Under the pieces are notes generated by a model. It made no database searches. It was not told where the DNA came from and saw only the letters and a list, made by a program, of their open reading frames with translations. From a virus (Duplodnaviria > Caudoviricetes): 64,000 nt of DNA. Positions 38,653-48,386 of the stretch are shown in pieces (the stretch's first letter is position 1; the number at the start of each line of letters is the position of its first letter). The stretch spans positions 18,862 through 82,861 of IMG/VR virus record IMGVR_UViG_3300009709_000023; one strand, written 5' to 3'. A program made the position numbers and the translations under genes.

Positions 38653-38879
38653 AACTGCCTAATTATTGTTCACCTGAAGAATTTGCTACTTGGCTTTCAA
38701 AACAAGTGGCAACTAATGGTGGAAAACTCCCCACGGAAACTGAATGGGAAGAAATTAAAAAGCGTCTTGAAAACGCTATTGAATGGGTTCACCCTTGGTA
38801 TTTGAAACCGAGTGGTGATGATGGAGACGGCGGGGGGGGGAGAAGATCTTATCCCTCCTTACAACACAACAGACTCTAG
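38649..38879 (+). CDS. Hypothetical protein containing a G9 tract
   Basis: Coupled start; poly-G at 38832-38840. Confidence 0.5.
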   Translation: MKLPNYCSPEEFATWLSKQVATNGGKLPTETEWEEIKKRLENAIEWVHPWYLKPSGDDGDGGGGRRSYPSLQHNRL

Positions 38880-38917
38880 CAAATGGCCATTCCCAACTCC
38901 TAATAGGATACACTGAA

Positions 38918-39466
38918 ATGATGAGAAAATTACTTTTCTGGGTCAGCGGATATCTTCCGACGAAGCTGATTAGCGAAGCTGCGACCGAGAGCACACCGGA
39001 GAGGCCGTACCTAGAGAGGTACTTTCTCCTCGAAACGGAAGAACACGTTGCTTATCTGCACAGGTTTGTAGATAGTGATCCCGATAGGGCAAAGCACAGT
39101 CACCCTTGGAAATGGGCATTATCTATAATTCTTGCTGGATGGTATGTTGACGCGAATACCTATGGTCAAAAGGTAGTACGTTGGATAAATTTCCTAACTG
39201 GCGATACTTTCCATCGTGTTATTCTACCCGGCAGTATGGACAGCAAACACAGAGATGTTTGGACATTGTTCATTCATCCCAAGACAAAATCCAAGTCCTG
39301 GGGATTTGCTGAACGTTTCCCATGGATGGATGCTCAGGGCGCTCCTGAAGATGCCTACATTTATATTCCCCACAAAAGTTCTCCAGAAGAGAGCTGGTGG
39401 AAAGACGCTCCAAAAGGGCGAGACTCTAGGAGGTTAAATGAAAATCTACAAGCATTTAAAACTTAA
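38918..39466 (+). CDS. Cupin-like hypothetical protein
   Basis: YLHRFVDSDPD...HSHPW...FHRV...WTLF pattern. Confidence 0.5.
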   Translation: MMRKLLFWVSGYLPTKLISEAATESTPERPYLERYFLLETEEHVAYLHRFVDSDPDRAKHSHPWKWALSIILAGWYVDANTYGQKVVRWINFLTGDTFHRVILPGSMDSKHRDVWTLFIHPKTKSKSWGFAERFPWMDAQGAPEDAYIYIPHKSSPEESWWKDAPKGRDSRRLNENLQAFKT

Positions 39467-39590
39467 CAACCACGTTCCTGACACCCGTCGCATCTCAAAG
39501 CCCGCCGAGAAACAGCAAGACTCGGCGGTTGTCAAACGAGCCGTGAAGCAGAAAATTCGCAACCTGGCTAAAAGGAAATTTGGGAAATGA
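39438..39590 (+). CDS. 50-aa basic protein (not in the track)
   Basis: GGAGG RBS; MKIYKHLKLNNHVPDTRRISK... Confidence 0.55.
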   Translation: MKIYKHLKLNNHVPDTRRISKPAEKQQDSAVVKRAVKQKIRNLAKRKFGK

Positions 39591-40098
39591 TATGGACATT
39601 ATTCCACATAAATATCGGATTAATCACTTGGTGGACGGTCGTCTTCCGGATTTTAGGTCTATGGTAAACGCCTTACATGGTCAAGCAAAAAATTTTGGCC
39701 ATGAAGATGAATTATACAAGAAGTTTTTTGTAGCGACTAAAAAAATCAAAGTTTTCAAATTGGCTACGGATACTAGTGGTTGTTATCGGTATATCATTAA
39801 CTTAATCATACCTAAAGGAACTAAATTCCACATAGGTTGTACGATGGGAGGCGGAGAATGCTGCCGCTATAAATGTCGTGCAGAAAAAGTTTTTGTACAT
39901 AGTATCGTCGATAAATGGACGGGTAAAGAAGTCAAAATAGCATATAGCTTTATGAAATCAAGACGTACTGATAAACATCTGAAATATGAGGTGGGTAAAC
40001 TGATTGATTTGACTAAAGAATTTAGCCATGAGTACGCTATTTGTGCCGAGGGAATACATTTCTTTCTAGATATCAAATCAGCATACTACTATCGTTAA
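39580..40098 (+). CDS. Hypothetical protein
   Basis: KCRAEKVFV...YEVGK...CAEGIHFF pattern; operon packing. Confidence 0.6.
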   Translation: MGNDMDIIPHKYRINHLVDGRLPDFRSMVNALHGQAKNFGHEDELYKKFFVATKKIKVFKLATDTSGCYRYIINLIIPKGTKFHIGCTMGGGECCRYKCRAEKVFVHSIVDKWTGKEVKIAYSFMKSRRTDKHLKYEVGKLIDLTKEFSHEYAICAEGIHFFLDIKSAYYYR

Positions 40099-40155
40099 TA
40101 ACGTATTAACCAAGGAGACATGCCTCATGCGTTATTAACCAACACGGAGTAAACC

Positions 40156-40440
40156 GTGAAAACCCCGATTGACACCTCAAAAATTTCTAACCCTAACTCC
40201 CCTACGAGGTATTACCGAGCAGCAGAGGCACAGGCGAAAAAATTAAAGAACGTTGAATTGACTTACCAAGATAAAGTTGTAATAGAAAACCAACGACAAA
40301 TGATGTTCCAAAGGGATCTCGTCGACCGAAGTAGGAACGCTTTAGACGAAGATTCTCAACTTTGTCAGGAATTCTATGTAACGGCAGGGTCTGGGAGGGG
40401 CCTGCCGTTTGATGTAGATGCTCTGATGGATTTGCTGTAA
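40156..40440 (+). CDS. Hypothetical protein
   Basis: GGAG RBS with GTG start. Confidence 0.5.
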   Translation: MKTPIDTSKISNPNSPTRYYRAAEAQAKKLKNVELTYQDKVVIENQRQMMFQRDLVDRSRNALDEDSQLCQEFYVTAGSGRGLPFDVDALMDLL

Positions 40441-40552
40441 AGGGTCGATACGGCTGACCCGTTGGATACCTGGAATTGGCCTGACCAGCCAGGTACGGGG
40501 GATAACCTCCCTGAATACAATTTGATGTAGTATTGTTGAAAGCGGGTCTGGT

Positions 40553-41332
40553 TTATACTAGACCCGTCAGTCGATCTTTTAATATTCCAAGGCCCTCCGC
40601 CTTGTATTCTCTCACTTGATCTTTGCTTATTTTTAGCTTTGTAGAGATTTCTGCGTGGGTCATTTCGTCATGTTCCCCAATGCCAAAAGACATTGAGATA
40701 ATTTCTTTGTGTGGACTAGGAAGAGTATCGACCATTTTTTGAATTCGTTCCCGGTCTAGGCGGGTTTCGACTTCTTCTCCGATTGGGTCGATTTCAAAGT
40801 TAGGATCATCGGCGTCCATGTCTTCAAGGTAGAACGTCAGATATTTTGTAGAGTACATCTCTCGAATATCTTTTTCTGCCACGTCAGGAAGGGCTTTCCT
40901 AAGATCTTCTATTGTAACGTTCTCGTTTTGATCAATTATTTTTTGTATTTTTGATGCGAGTTGCTGTTTCCAAATTGGCAATGCAGTGATTCTAACCTTG
41001 CTCATTTCCTTCAGTATTCGCTGCAAAACCCACGACCCAGCATAAGTAAGGAACCGATATCCTTTCTTATAGTCAAATTTGTTAAGTCCTACAAGTAAAC
41101 CTTCGTTGCCAGCGGAGATTAGTTCGGAAAACTGCTCAGGGTCATTCTTGGAATATTTTTTGGCCTGCTTAAAAACAAAACGTAGATTTGCCGTAATTAT
41201 TCTATCTCGTATCTTGTCTCGTTCTTTTTGAGGCAATCCTGCATCTTCAAGTAATAGAAACAATTCAAATTCTTCATCTTTAGTGAGAATTGGTTCCTCA
41301 CATATTTTGTCGTAATAATTGGCAAGGTCCAT
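40553..41332 (-). CDS. Sigma70-family RNA polymerase sigma factor
   Basis: Region 2 ANLRFVFKQAKKY...ELISAGNEGL...KFDYKKGYRFLTYA; region 4 HTH MTHAEISTKLKISKDQVRE. Confidence 0.9.
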   Translation of the reverse strand: MDLANYYDKICEEPILTKDEEFELFLLLEDAGLPQKERDKIRDRIITANLRFVFKQAKKYSKNDPEQFSELISAGNEGLLVGLNKFDYKKGYRFLTYAGSWVLQRILKEMSKVRITALPIWKQQLASKIQKIIDQNENVTIEDLRKALPDVAEKDIREMYSTKYLTFYLEDMDADDPNFEIDPIGEEVETRLDRERIQKMVDTLPSPHKEIISMSFGIGEHDEMTHAEISTKLKISKDQVREYKAEGLGILKDRLTGLV

Positions 41333-41353
41333 GTTGTAATCCTTTATAAAGGC

Positions 41354-41382
41354 ATTGTATGTTAAGTTTTTATAAAAGTCAA
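41354..41382 (-). promoter_or_regulatory. Sigma70-like promoter for the sigma gene
   Basis: TTGACT-17-TACAAT on the minus strand, then AAGGA and ATG. Confidence 0.7.
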
Positions 41383-41448
41383 GTATGAAATATTGACAAA
41401 TTCATTTCTTTCATGATAATATTTGTCTTTATGATGAAAGAAATGACA

Positions 41449-42171
41449 ATGGAAATTATATCGAAAAAAGAAGCTAAAAAATTAGGCCTTAAAAATTACT
41501 TTACCGGCAAACCTTGTTCCAAAGGGCATCTTGCTGAAAGAAAAGTTTCTTGTGGTAATTGTATACTCTGCCAAAGAGAAAATAACAAAACCTACAGAGA
41601 GCAACATAAAGAAAAAATTCAAGCCTACAACAAAGAATACTTGAAAAAGTACTATGCTGAAAATAAGGAAAAATTACTTGCCAATCAGCGAGAATACTGG
41701 GAGAAAAATAAACATAGATTTAGTGAACGCCAAGCAGAATATAGAGAAAAAAACAGAGAACAAAAAAGACTGTCAGACAGAGAATATCGCGTTGTTCACA
41801 AAGAAAAATTTAATCTGTCAACTGCTAATTCGAAGAAGAAAAAACCCGCAAAATACATTGCTCTCATTTTGAGACGGAGAGCAAAACAACGGCAATCCAT
41901 ACCGATATGGTACGACGAATCCGCTGTAGATCTAATTATTCAGCAAAGAGATGAACTCACCGAATCCACCAAAATAATTCACAATATAGATCATATAGTG
42001 CCCGTGATTAGCGATTTTGTTTGTGGCCTACATTGGCATGGAAATATGCAAATACTTACGAAATCTGAAAATAGCGCTAAAAGCAATCTTATTTGGCCTG
42101 ACATGCCTGACACGTCCGATCCAGAACTCAAAGCCCTTGTCAAAACCTTTAAAGAATCTTGCCAAGACTAA
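41449..42171 (+). CDS. HNH homing endonuclease (likely start 41449)
   Basis: YFTGKPCSKGH...CILC; HNIDHIVP...VCGLHWHGN; WPDMPDTSDPE. Confidence 0.85.
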   Translation: MEIISKKEAKKLGLKNYFTGKPCSKGHLAERKVSCGNCILCQRENNKTYREQHKEKIQAYNKEYLKKYYAENKEKLLANQREYWEKNKHRFSERQAEYREKNREQKRLSDREYRVVHKEKFNLSTANSKKKKPAKYIALILRRRAKQRQSIPIWYDESAVDLIIQQRDELTESTKIIHNIDHIVPVISDFVCGLHWHGNMQILTKSENSAKSNLIWPDMPDTSDPELKALVKTFKESCQD

Positions 42172-42215
42172 CCAATTCGTGTTACAATCCAACATCTTTT
42201 CAATAAGAGATTTAA

Positions 42216-42959
42216 ATGACTGCTGTTAAACAACTCAAGTTGCCTTTGAAGGTAGCTAAAAAAGATCTGCCTAAAGCAGTGATCAGTCTAACTGGCCCGA
42301 CAGCATCGGGTAAGGACACTATTCTTAAGTATCTCGAAACTAATTATCCGATCAAGCGTTTAATTAGTGACGTTACTCGTACAAAGAGAGACGGGGAAAC
42401 TGATGGTGTTGACTACAATTTTGTTACCCGTGAGAAGTTCGAAGAAAATCTCAAGAATGGTGAGTACTTTCAACATGTTGAGTTTAAAGGTAACTGCTAC
42501 GGCACTAACTCTAAAGAAGTCAAAAAGACTTTGGAGTCTGGTAAAATCCCAGTGCTGATTCTTGAGCCCAGTGGAGTACCCCACTTGGATATTCTTGAGG
42601 ACGAGTACAAACTTAAACCTTGTAAAGTTTTCGTTTCTGCCCCTCTAGAAGATTTGTTAACTCGATATTTCAAACGTACATCTAAAGAAGAATTCCTTAA
42701 AAATCCTGAGTATGGATATGAACGTCTTAAGGGCATGGTTGTTGAACATGAATTTTGGGAGCGTACTCATAAATGGGACCTAAGAATTCAAAATGATTCC
42801 TACGTAGATTTCGCAATTGAAGAAGGTGCTTTCCGAATTGCAAATAAGCTTGGTTTACTAAGCGATTATAAAGTCCCTGGAAAAATGTGGACTGAACATC
42901 AATTTTTTAAAGAGGTTTTTTGGTATGGCTACGAAGATAGAACTACAAAGTCGGAATGA
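42216..42959 (+). CDS. gmk: Guanylate kinase-like nucleotide kinase
   Basis: TGPTASGKDT, SDVTRTKRDGETDGVDYNFV, NCYGT; TTGCCA-18-TACAAT upstream. Confidence 0.8.
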   Translation: MTAVKQLKLPLKVAKKDLPKAVISLTGPTASGKDTILKYLETNYPIKRLISDVTRTKRDGETDGVDYNFVTREKFEENLKNGEYFQHVEFKGNCYGTNSKEVKKTLESGKIPVLILEPSGVPHLDILEDEYKLKPCKVFVSAPLEDLLTRYFKRTSKEEFLKNPEYGYERLKGMVVEHEFWERTHKWDLRIQNDSYVDFAIEEGAFRIANKLGLLSDYKVPGKMWTEHQFFKEVFWYGYEDRTTKSE

Positions 42960-43125
42960 AAATGGGAAAGAGATTATTGCTCTTGCCTTTGAATGTACGA
43001 AAGCGGAAGAACATGAAATTATCGATGCCGTCCGCGTCGCAATTTTTGAGAATAACCCAAAACGAGGAGGCTATGTTAATAGCAATCGCCTTGTCATCGA
43101 ATTTAGCCTTGAAGATGACTCTTGA
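42925..43125 (+). CDS. Hypothetical protein
   Basis: GGAGG upstream; short ORF. Confidence 0.45.
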   Translation: MATKIELQSRNENGKEIIALAFECTKAEEHEIIDAVRVAIFENNPKRGGYVNSNRLVIEFSLEDDS

Positions 43126-43209
43126 TATGGTATAAGTAAGTTGATACACAACGACCACTGTACTCGCCCTCGCCGACCGCGAGGGCTTTTCATTTGAGGA
43201 GCAACTTTT

Positions 43210-45191
43210 ATGGTTTCCCGGACAAACGTTTTTGCCCTTATCCAAACAGGTCTTCAGGATGCATTTAACAATGAATCCCAATTGGAGCTTGACCGTGTAA
43301 AAAAATTCATTGGAGATGTGAGCTTCATTAGTGAAAAGTTAGGGCATGCTTACCTGCCAACTGTCTTAGACAGTATCAGTTGGAATCTCAATGTTTCATA
43401 TCTTTCGGAAGAGGATAAGAAAATTTTGGTTCCAAATAAGTGGGAACTCATCCAAAGAGATGGTAATAAAACCATTGCCACGTATGGCTGGCGAGATTAT
43501 CGTTGGAATTTAGAAGGACGTAACGGTGATATCGTCGCTTGGAAACTGATCTAAGGAGCTAAAAATGATAGATTCACCTTCTTTATGGATCGATGTGAAC
43601 GCTGGTAGAAGGGTGGCACGTCGGATGCTTGAAGATTTCAACCAAGAAAATTTTGTTGGATACGATAAAAAACTCAGGGAACTTATCGGGCTGCTGTCAT
43701 ACGGGGGCAGATCTGCAGAAGTTTTGAATAGTTTCACCCATGCATTCGATTCTGGCAACCTAGCCGAGCTTGAAAAGACTATTGAAAAATATAATCTCAA
43801 TCCTTCTCAACGCCGAGTTGGACCTTGGATAGCCAACAATGGACATATGCCCCGGCCGGTAAAAGATAGCAAAGTTGAATTCCAAGTTCGTAGTCTTGAA
43901 ACCGGAACTAGCAGAATTTCTCAGCTTAATTGGACTATCCCCTCTCCGACAACGGCTTACGATATCATACGTTATAGGGTAATCGAAAATGAGTAAACTC
44001 GATTTGTTAGATAAATCTGTAACTAGTTTAAACATAACCGAATGTGTTGAGTATTTGGAATACTTATTCGAATCAGAATTTTTCGAAAAACATATTCCAG
44101 CACTCAATCATTTTTGTGATATCGTAGATTACCTTTTGAGAACTTATCCTTCCCAAAGAAACAAGTTATCAGTACGTGGGGAATTGACTCACAAGGTTTT
44201 CGGATATCATAATAAATATCTTATTAACCAAAACGTGCCTGAAACTTATAAGGTAGGCGTGTTGGAGGGAGACTCTAACAAAATACAACTCTCATGTGGT
44301 TATCTGAGAAGTATTGTAAACCTACTTCATCCTGTACTTCGAAATACTGGAGGGAGTGGGTTCATAAAGCGAGTATCTGATCCGAGCATAAGACCAAAAT
44401 TTAGTATTGAATTTGAGGATTCAACGCCCTTGGAAGTCATATGGGGAGTAGATGGTGGGCCTACTAGCATATCCCACGCCCCTATCAGAGATTTAAATTG
44501 GATTCAAGTGCAGGGCAGACCACAGATTTTGTCGTGGAGAGCATCCGAAGATATTTTTTGGGAAGATAAAGAACATGAATGAATTGTCAATCAGTAATAA
44601 ATTGCGAAAAGCTTTTCGGGAAGAAGATGAAACTGGATTTGAAAATATTGTCAAAACTCTGGAGGGCACTGGTGCTGGCAACTGCATACCTTTACCCCGA
44701 GGTTGGGTAATAAACAACGGATTGTCAGGAAACTGTCCGATTGGCGTTAATTTGCAAACTACCGTTAGAGTTTTAACTCGTAACCTTGTTATGGAAAACG
44801 GGCGAGTTAGAGACTATAGTTGGATACTGTCTAACGGTCCTATGGACATCCTTGCTTATATGGTGCGGCATTAGGAGAATAGCAGATGGATAAACCTTTG
44901 AGCATTTCAGAAGCATTACTTCGGGCTTTTGAAAATGAAGACCTGGCAGAATTTGAAGCAATTCTCAAAAAAATCCAAGGCACTTTTCCGAAGTTCCTGG
45001 TAGTTCCTGACAACTGGATAATTCATACTGGGGAACTCGATTCTGACGGGTTTCCGATTGGTATTGACCGAGAGTTAGTTGTTAGAGTTTTAACGAGGGG
45101 TATGGAAACTATTTACGATAGCGTCAAGTATTTCCGTTGGCATATAAATGCGAATGGGGACGATATTATTGCGTATAAATTTGCATCATGA
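43210..45191 (+). CDS. Five tandem paralogs (43210-43554, 43565-43996, 43989-44582, 44575-44874, 44886-45191)
   Basis: Shared C-terminal W...G...V.V..R......W.....(D)I(I/L/V)(A/R/S)(Y/W)(K/R/M) pattern. Confidence 0.65.
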
Positions 45192-45628
45192 TTCATTCAA
45201 TACGTTTCTTTAATCGGGAGTCCGCCCAGAAATGGGTGGCAGTCCCAGACGAAGCTTTAGTCTCAATATATGGTAAGGGAGAAGAAAAACCAAGCATGGA
45301 GCATGAGTGGGATTTTCTTCTTTCTTTACAATTTGATGATGCGGATGAAAGTAAAGAAGACCGTCTTTTGTTTACGTTGGACCAAGCCAAGCAAATAGTT
45401 GAATTTGTTAAAAACGCTGAAGAAGACGGAGCGGAATATCTCTTTGTCCATTGTAAGGGAGGTATTAGTAGAAGTGCTGCTGTAGCAATGGCACTTGGAG
45501 AATACTACAACGTTAAAGTTTTTATGGGCTATAGACTGTTGCCGGAGTCGTACTCTCAGTACAACAAGTTTGTCTATCGAAAAGTTCGGGAGGCATTATA
45601 TGGACCAGAGTTTGGATTCACCTCGTAG
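45188..45628 (+). CDS. Dual-specificity / protein-tyrosine phosphatase-like protein
   Basis: VHCKGGISRSAA (CX5R P-loop); LQFDD. Confidence 0.85.
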   Translation: MIHSIRFFNRESAQKWVAVPDEALVSIYGKGEEKPSMEHEWDFLLSLQFDDADESKEDRLLFTLDQAKQIVEFVKNAEEDGAEYLFVHCKGGISRSAAVAMALGEYYNVKVFMGYRLLPESYSQYNKFVYRKVREALYGPEFGFTS

Positions 45629-45818
45629 GAAATTTAGTCTTGAAGACATTCGCTTCAACTTAAGGGGGCTTGTTGACCCTTTAGAAGTAACGGCCATTTA
45701 CATTCCGAACAACACCCAATTCACACATTATGGTGGTAAAACTACCCTTGAAAACCGGGATATGGCCATAGAAGGGCTTGTTAAGAAGCTTTTTAGATCT
45801 GAAATTCGTAGTTCGTAG
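45600..45818 (+). CDS. Hypothetical protein (likely start 45600)
   Basis: GGAGG upstream. Confidence 0.45.
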   Translation: MDQSLDSPRRKFSLEDIRFNLRGLVDPLEVTAIYIPNNTQFTHYGGKTTLENRDMAIEGLVKKLFRSEIRSS

Positions 45819-45924
45819 TATCAAATTGGTATAAGTATAGTGAAGGAGAAAAGACTATTACTTGACTCTTTCATCATACTTACCTGGTGTAAAAACCAGT
45901 CTTTAAACCTATGGAGCAAGAAAC

Positions 45925-46440
45925 ATGAAGAAGAACATCCTGGCAGTCTTGGTGTCGTTCGTTCTGGCAATGGTGGCAGGTGTCGCAATGGCAGGTCAGC
46001 CGCAAGGCTATTCGCAATCGTCGTCGGGACAAATCAACGTCGGTGCCAATGTCGGCGGCTACTCCGGTACGGGCACTTCGTACACCAGCAGCAGCACCAC
46101 TGGCGGTTCGCAAGCATCGTCGCTGGTCAACGGCTACGGCAACGCCTATGAAACCACCACGGCGTCGAGCAACAACTTCGCAACGGCCGGCAATACGTTC
46201 AGCCAAACCGGCGTCACGTCGTACACCAACACCGGTTCGACTTCGACGGCAACTTCCAGCGGCACGGCGCAGAACGCGTACAATCCGACGGCAACGGGCG
46301 TGGGTGCGTATGGCTCGACGGCCGGTGGCTTCGGCACCAACATCACTGCATCGTCGACGTTCAACGCAAGCTATGCCGGCATTGGCGGCCAGCTCGGAGT
46401 CACGGGTTACGAAGGCGAACAAGGCAGCGGCGGCTACTAA
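45925..46440 (+). CDS. Secreted G/S/T/N/Y-rich low-complexity protein
   Basis: Sec signal MKKNILAVLVSFVLAMVAGVAMA; mature part almost uncharged. Confidence 0.7.
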   Translation: MKKNILAVLVSFVLAMVAGVAMAGQPQGYSQSSSGQINVGANVGGYSGTGTSYTSSSTTGGSQASSLVNGYGNAYETTTASSNNFATAGNTFSQTGVTSYTNTGSTSTATSSGTAQNAYNPTATGVGAYGSTAGGFGTNITASSTFNASYAGIGGQLGVTGYEGEQGSGGY

Positions 46441-46530
46441 GTCTTGCTGCAGTAGTAAGTAGTGAGGACCGAGCGAGCCGATCAGGGGATTGGCTCGCTT
46501 CACAACAAATAGACTTTGGAGTCTTAGATC

Positions 46531-47271
46531 ATGCAGAAGATCGTTAAGGTAGTCCTGGCTTTGGCTTTGGGCTTCGTACTCTCTTCCGGGGCGCAAGCGC
46601 AACAAACATCAACCTCACAAAACCAGAATTCTTCAGGTGCGCAAAGCAGTGCTGCAAACCAGGGAGTAACTCTGGAAAACACCTGGAATACTCCATCGGG
46701 TACGGATGTTCACGAACACATCAGCGGTGTTACTGGCTCCAACGAGCCGGTTGGTCTGGGTTCGTTCTACAGCTCTAACTCACCGGACTACTGTGGCGGA
46801 ACGCAACAGTTCGGTTTCAGCGCTCCGTATGTGACGGCGGCGGCGGGTGGACCGACGATGAAGGAGCCGGGCTATGCATGTGACGATCATCGCACTGCAG
46901 TTCATGCGATGGAATTCGCAGCGACGTTCGGCAACGCAGCAATGAAAGCTCTGCAACTGGCGGATGAAGCTCAGAAAGTAGGGAACGCAGCTGAGGTAAC
47001 GGAGTTAAAGGCAGCTTCGGAGTTGTACTCGAAGATGTCCATGCAACAAGCGAACTTCGCGGTGTTGATGGAATGCGGCCACTCCGAATCGGCTCGTCGT
47101 AACTCTCGTTTGGCAGGTATCAACTGCCCTGAGACTGATGCTGAAAAGTCAGCCGAGTCAACTACATCGGCCGCTGAAGTTCAAGTAGCTGCAGCAAAGC
47201 GAGGAGAGCCAACCGATCCATTCATTCGGTCGCGTGAAGGACTGCCTCCACTGGCAGTAGCTGCAAAGTAG
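46531..47271 (+). CDS. Secreted Cys-containing protein
   Basis: Signal peptide ending AQA; Q/S/N-rich start; Cys at DYC, YAC, MEC, INC. Confidence 0.7.
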   Translation: MQKIVKVVLALALGFVLSSGAQAQQTSTSQNQNSSGAQSSAANQGVTLENTWNTPSGTDVHEHISGVTGSNEPVGLGSFYSSNSPDYCGGTQQFGFSAPYVTAAAGGPTMKEPGYACDDHRTAVHAMEFAATFGNAAMKALQLADEAQKVGNAAEVTELKAASELYSKMSMQQANFAVLMECGHSESARRNSRLAGINCPETDAEKSAESTTSAAEVQVAAAKRGEPTDPFIRSREGLPPLAVAAK

Positions 47272-47289
47272 TTTCGGCCTATTTGGCCA

Positions 47290-47316
47290 AGGCCAATATT
47301 TTGGCCTTCTTTTTGA
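47290..47316 (+). terminator. Intrinsic terminator
   Basis: AAGGCCAA / TTGGCCTT stem plus T-run. Confidence 0.65.
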
Positions 47317-47338
47317 TTAACTTTTATTTTTAGCTTTA

Positions 47339-47367
47339 TTGACAGTTATAAAGTCATTTGGTATACT
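47339..47367 (+). promoter_or_regulatory. Sigma70-like promoter
   Basis: TTGACA-17-TATACT with extended TG. Confidence 0.75.
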
Positions 47368-47387
47368 CCGTAAAAAAGGAGTTTATA

Positions 47388-47684
47388 ATGGTTAAATACA
47401 CAGCTAAGCCAATTACGGTGGAAGCTACTCAATGGCATAGGCCCGGAGATCATCCTAAGATTGTTGAAGTAATTCAACATCGAGATGGAGTCGCCATTTC
47501 AGAATTTGAAAAAGAACGTTGGCGTGGAATTGGGAAAGTAGCTTATGCCCATGTCCAAAGAACAGATCGTGGTTCCAAGGTTATTGGGTATATTCGTCCA
47601 GGCGATTGGGTTATTGAGCATAATAAAAATGATTTGACAATTATGACTAACGCTGATTTCAGATCAAACTTTATTCTTAAATAA
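47388..47684 (+). CDS. Hypothetical protein (likely start 47388)
   Basis: AAGGAG RBS; KYTAKPITVEATQW pattern. Confidence 0.6.
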   Translation: MVKYTAKPITVEATQWHRPGDHPKIVEVIQHRDGVAISEFEKERWRGIGKVAYAHVQRTDRGSKVIGYIRPGDWVIEHNKNDLTIMTNADFRSNFILK

Positions 47685-47754
47685 TAACTTACATGCTTTC
47701 CTTTTGGTATAAGTAACTTGGAGAAATCCATTAACTCATTCTAGGGGAATACAG

Positions 47755-48384
47755 ATGGGGCTCAAAGCTATTATCAGTAGTGTTGCGAACGGCAAAACAT
47801 CTGCAACCGACAATCTTGAGAAACTCAAGATCGGTGGCGTGTCGAGTAGCGATGCAAAGTTCCCGAAAACACCGGGCGATATCAAGTTGGGCATGATGGT
47901 TCAAGATAGTCTGACAGGATGCTTCGGCACCGCTAGTTCTCGTCATGATATGTCATCGGGTAACATTCAGTTCGGCGTACAGCCAGTCGGCGACGGCGCG
48001 AATTATCCTGAAGCGTGGTCGTTCGACTGGAAGCAACTTCTGGTCCTTGGAGACCATCTCTCAGGCCGTGCCGTGAAACCGGCCAATGCTAAATTCGCTC
48101 TCGGAGACCGTGCGAAAGACAAAATTTCCGGGTTCGAAGGTATCATCACCGAAATTTCCACATACTTTAATGGGTGTGTATTTGCCGGCCTGGTGTCATC
48201 AAAACTCAGTGAAATCGACGGTAAACCTAGTTCCCAAACACTGGCTAGTCATCGCATCGAAGTTATTGAACCTGCTGAAAAGGCAAAGGTTCTCGACATT
48301 CCGAAGGCCGTGAAAACTGGGGACGACAAGGCATTGGCGAAAGGGACTGGTGGCCCTGCCCGCCGGGTTGAACGCGTGCGCTGA
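47755..48384 (+). CDS. Hypothetical protein with an internally duplicated domain
   Basis: LGMMVQDSLTGCFGTA and LGDRAKDKISGFEGII repeats. Confidence 0.65.
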   Translation: MGLKAIISSVANGKTSATDNLEKLKIGGVSSSDAKFPKTPGDIKLGMMVQDSLTGCFGTASSRHDMSSGNIQFGVQPVGDGANYPEAWSFDWKQLLVLGDHLSGRAVKPANAKFALGDRAKDKISGFEGIITEISTYFNGCVFAGLVSSKLSEIDGKPSSQTLASHRIEVIEPAEKAKVLDIPKAVKTGDDKALAKGTGGPARRVERVR

Positions 48385-48386
48385 TT

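Noticed and set aside
40441-40552. Second ncRNA candidate (three small hairpins)
   Set aside because: Short and between convergent genes; bidirectional terminators are sufficient.
45925-46440. Ice-nucleation protein
   Set aside because: Only one GAYGSTAG-like word; no 8/16/48-residue AGYGST periodicity.
45840-46605. Long overlapping ORFs 45840, 45880 and 45980
   Set aside because: Alternative-frame shadows arising from the GC-rich codon usage of the secreted protein gene.
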